A stretch of DNA of 64,000 nucleotides from Thainema sp. GTDB taxonomy: Bacteria > Cyanobacteriota > Cyanobacteriia > Phormidesmidales > Phormidesmidaceae. Below the pieces are notes generated by a model, which saw only the letters and a program-made list of their open reading frames with translations, did not search any database and had not been told where the DNA came from. The position numbers and the translations under genes are program-made. Where the stretch lies: the NCBI GenBank assembly GCA_052168235.1, contig JBQLZK010000006.1, positions 1 through 64,000 of the forward strand. Direction: 5' to 3'. This document shows positions 62,853-64,000 of this stretch, piece by piece; position 1 is the stretch's first letter, and each line of letters opens with the position of its first letter.

Positions 62853-63038
62853 CGTGGTTCTCTCGCGTGCAATCAATCAAAATTTCTTTTCTATATAACA
62901 AATCTAGCGAACTTCGCGCGATTCTCCGACAAAATCAACCTAAGAGCAGATTTAAATGTGGGAAAACCGAGAGGGGTTGCGCGGCACTGCCGCGCAACCC
63001 CTCTCGCAAAATTTCTATGCTGGAATTTTGGTTGAGAT

Positions 63039-63470
63039 TCAGATATCCCAGTCTTGATACATTAGCTGATTGAGAATTTCCCTGCCGCCAGGGGTGAAGA
63101 CCTGGACGCGAATTACCCGTGGATCGGAAGGCCGCCATGCGACTTGATAGAGATAGCCGCCGTTATTCCAGGTGTAAACTCTGCGATCGCTGCTGCCGGA
63201 TACGCTTGCGCCAACCAGTTCAATCCAGTTACTCGTTCCTTTCTCTTCGCCGTAATACACAAGCGCGTTATTGGAATAACTGATGTTGACGTACCAGCTT
63301 GAGCTTTGGAAAGTGCCCAGCGGTGCATACGTTTGGGCAATATATTCGGTGCTACTGGTTTCGGCAGGATGCTGTGAGGATGCCGATGCTGATGCGATCG
63401 CAGTTTTGGGTGCAGCGATTAACAGCGTCAGCAGCAGTCCGGAGGTGATGTAGGTGAATGATTTGAACAT
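63039..63470 (-). CDS. Secreted hypothetical protein
   Basis: Signal-peptide-like N-terminus; YTWNNGGY.YQVAWRP.DP domain. Confidence 0.75.
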   Translation of the reverse strand: MFKSFTYITSGLLLTLLIAAPKTAIASASASSQHPAETSSTEYIAQTYAPLGTFQSSSWYVNISYSNNALVYYGEEKGTSNWIELVGASVSGSSDRRVYTWNNGGYLYQVAWRPSDPRVIRVQVFTPGGREILNQLMYQDWDI

Positions 63471-63725
63471 CGGAAAAACCTATTGTGTCAGGAACTTAGG
63501 CTAGAAATTCGGCAAAACCGATAGATTTAGCGTTCCCTTTCACAAATTCGGGTGAACACTAAATTCGTAACTGGCATGACAATCACAAAACTTGAATAAA
63601 ACTGATAAACCGCTAGCAGTCGCTTTGGCAGAAGATCGCTTAACGTATAAAGCAGAACCTCTTGTCAGGCTCACTACAAAACGATGGCAAGACCCAAAAT
63701 TACTGTTGAGTTCACAGCGGCTGCT

Positions 63726-64000
63726 ATGCTTACACAAATCGTTCGCCCTATGGTACGCACCCAGCTTCGGCTTCTAGCCAACAGTCACGCAACCCGTGCG
63801 ACGCTGATTGAGACAATTGCTCACTGGCTGGGTTTTCTGGGAGTAAGGGCACATGTAACGCAGCTTGATGCTAATTCGGGCGAAATCCGCGTGTCGCTGA
63901 CGGTGGGCAAGCCAGAATCCTGTGATGGTTCAGACTGGCAGTGCATTTTAGACAAGCTGAATTCCGAAGCCAATTCACCGACACCGCAAACAGCCGACTT
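63726..64000 (+). CDS. Hypothetical protein, 5' part (runs off the window)
   Basis: Open frame MLTQIVRPMVRTQLRLLANS...WLGFLGV...VGKPESCD to the window end. Confidence 0.75.
   Translation, partial: MLTQIVRPMVRTQLRLLANSHATRATLIETIAHWLGFLGVRAHVTQLDANSGEIRVSLTVGKPESCDGSDWQCILDKLNSEANSPTPQTAD

Overview
Cyanobacterial chromosomal DNA: the HIP1 octamer GCGATCGC is frequent, and the gene set fits a filamentous cyanobacterium. The backbone carries an uninterrupted (intein-free) dnaE, serS, mazG, tRNA-Val(TAC), fmdA/fmdB, hemW, dnaK, sbcD, a Na+/H+ antiporter, glycosyltransferases, a vanadium haloperoxidase and a NarL-type regulator. Two accessory/defence patches stand out. (1) 1-4.8 kb: toxin-antitoxin modules separated by a 54-59 bp repeat bounded by HIP1 or HIP1-like octamers, followed by an AT-rich C5-methyltransferase + HNH pair. 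(2) 22.8-37.5 kb, starting at tRNA-Val: a broken DNA phosphorothioation (dnd) locus. It has an intact dndE, only the last ~106 codons of dndD (absent from the ORF track), a C-terminally truncated PT-associated PLD/helicase restriction gene, a PT-associated methyltransferase and a divergent DndC-like gene. Between the broken genes lie an SBD-HNH nuclease and a stand-alone sulfur-binding-domain gene. Across the window several toxin genes are cut off while their antitoxins are intact. Intergenic DNA holds many long palindromes with 3-nt loops and a nested IS50-type MITE. All family assignments come from motif recognition by eye; no database search was run.
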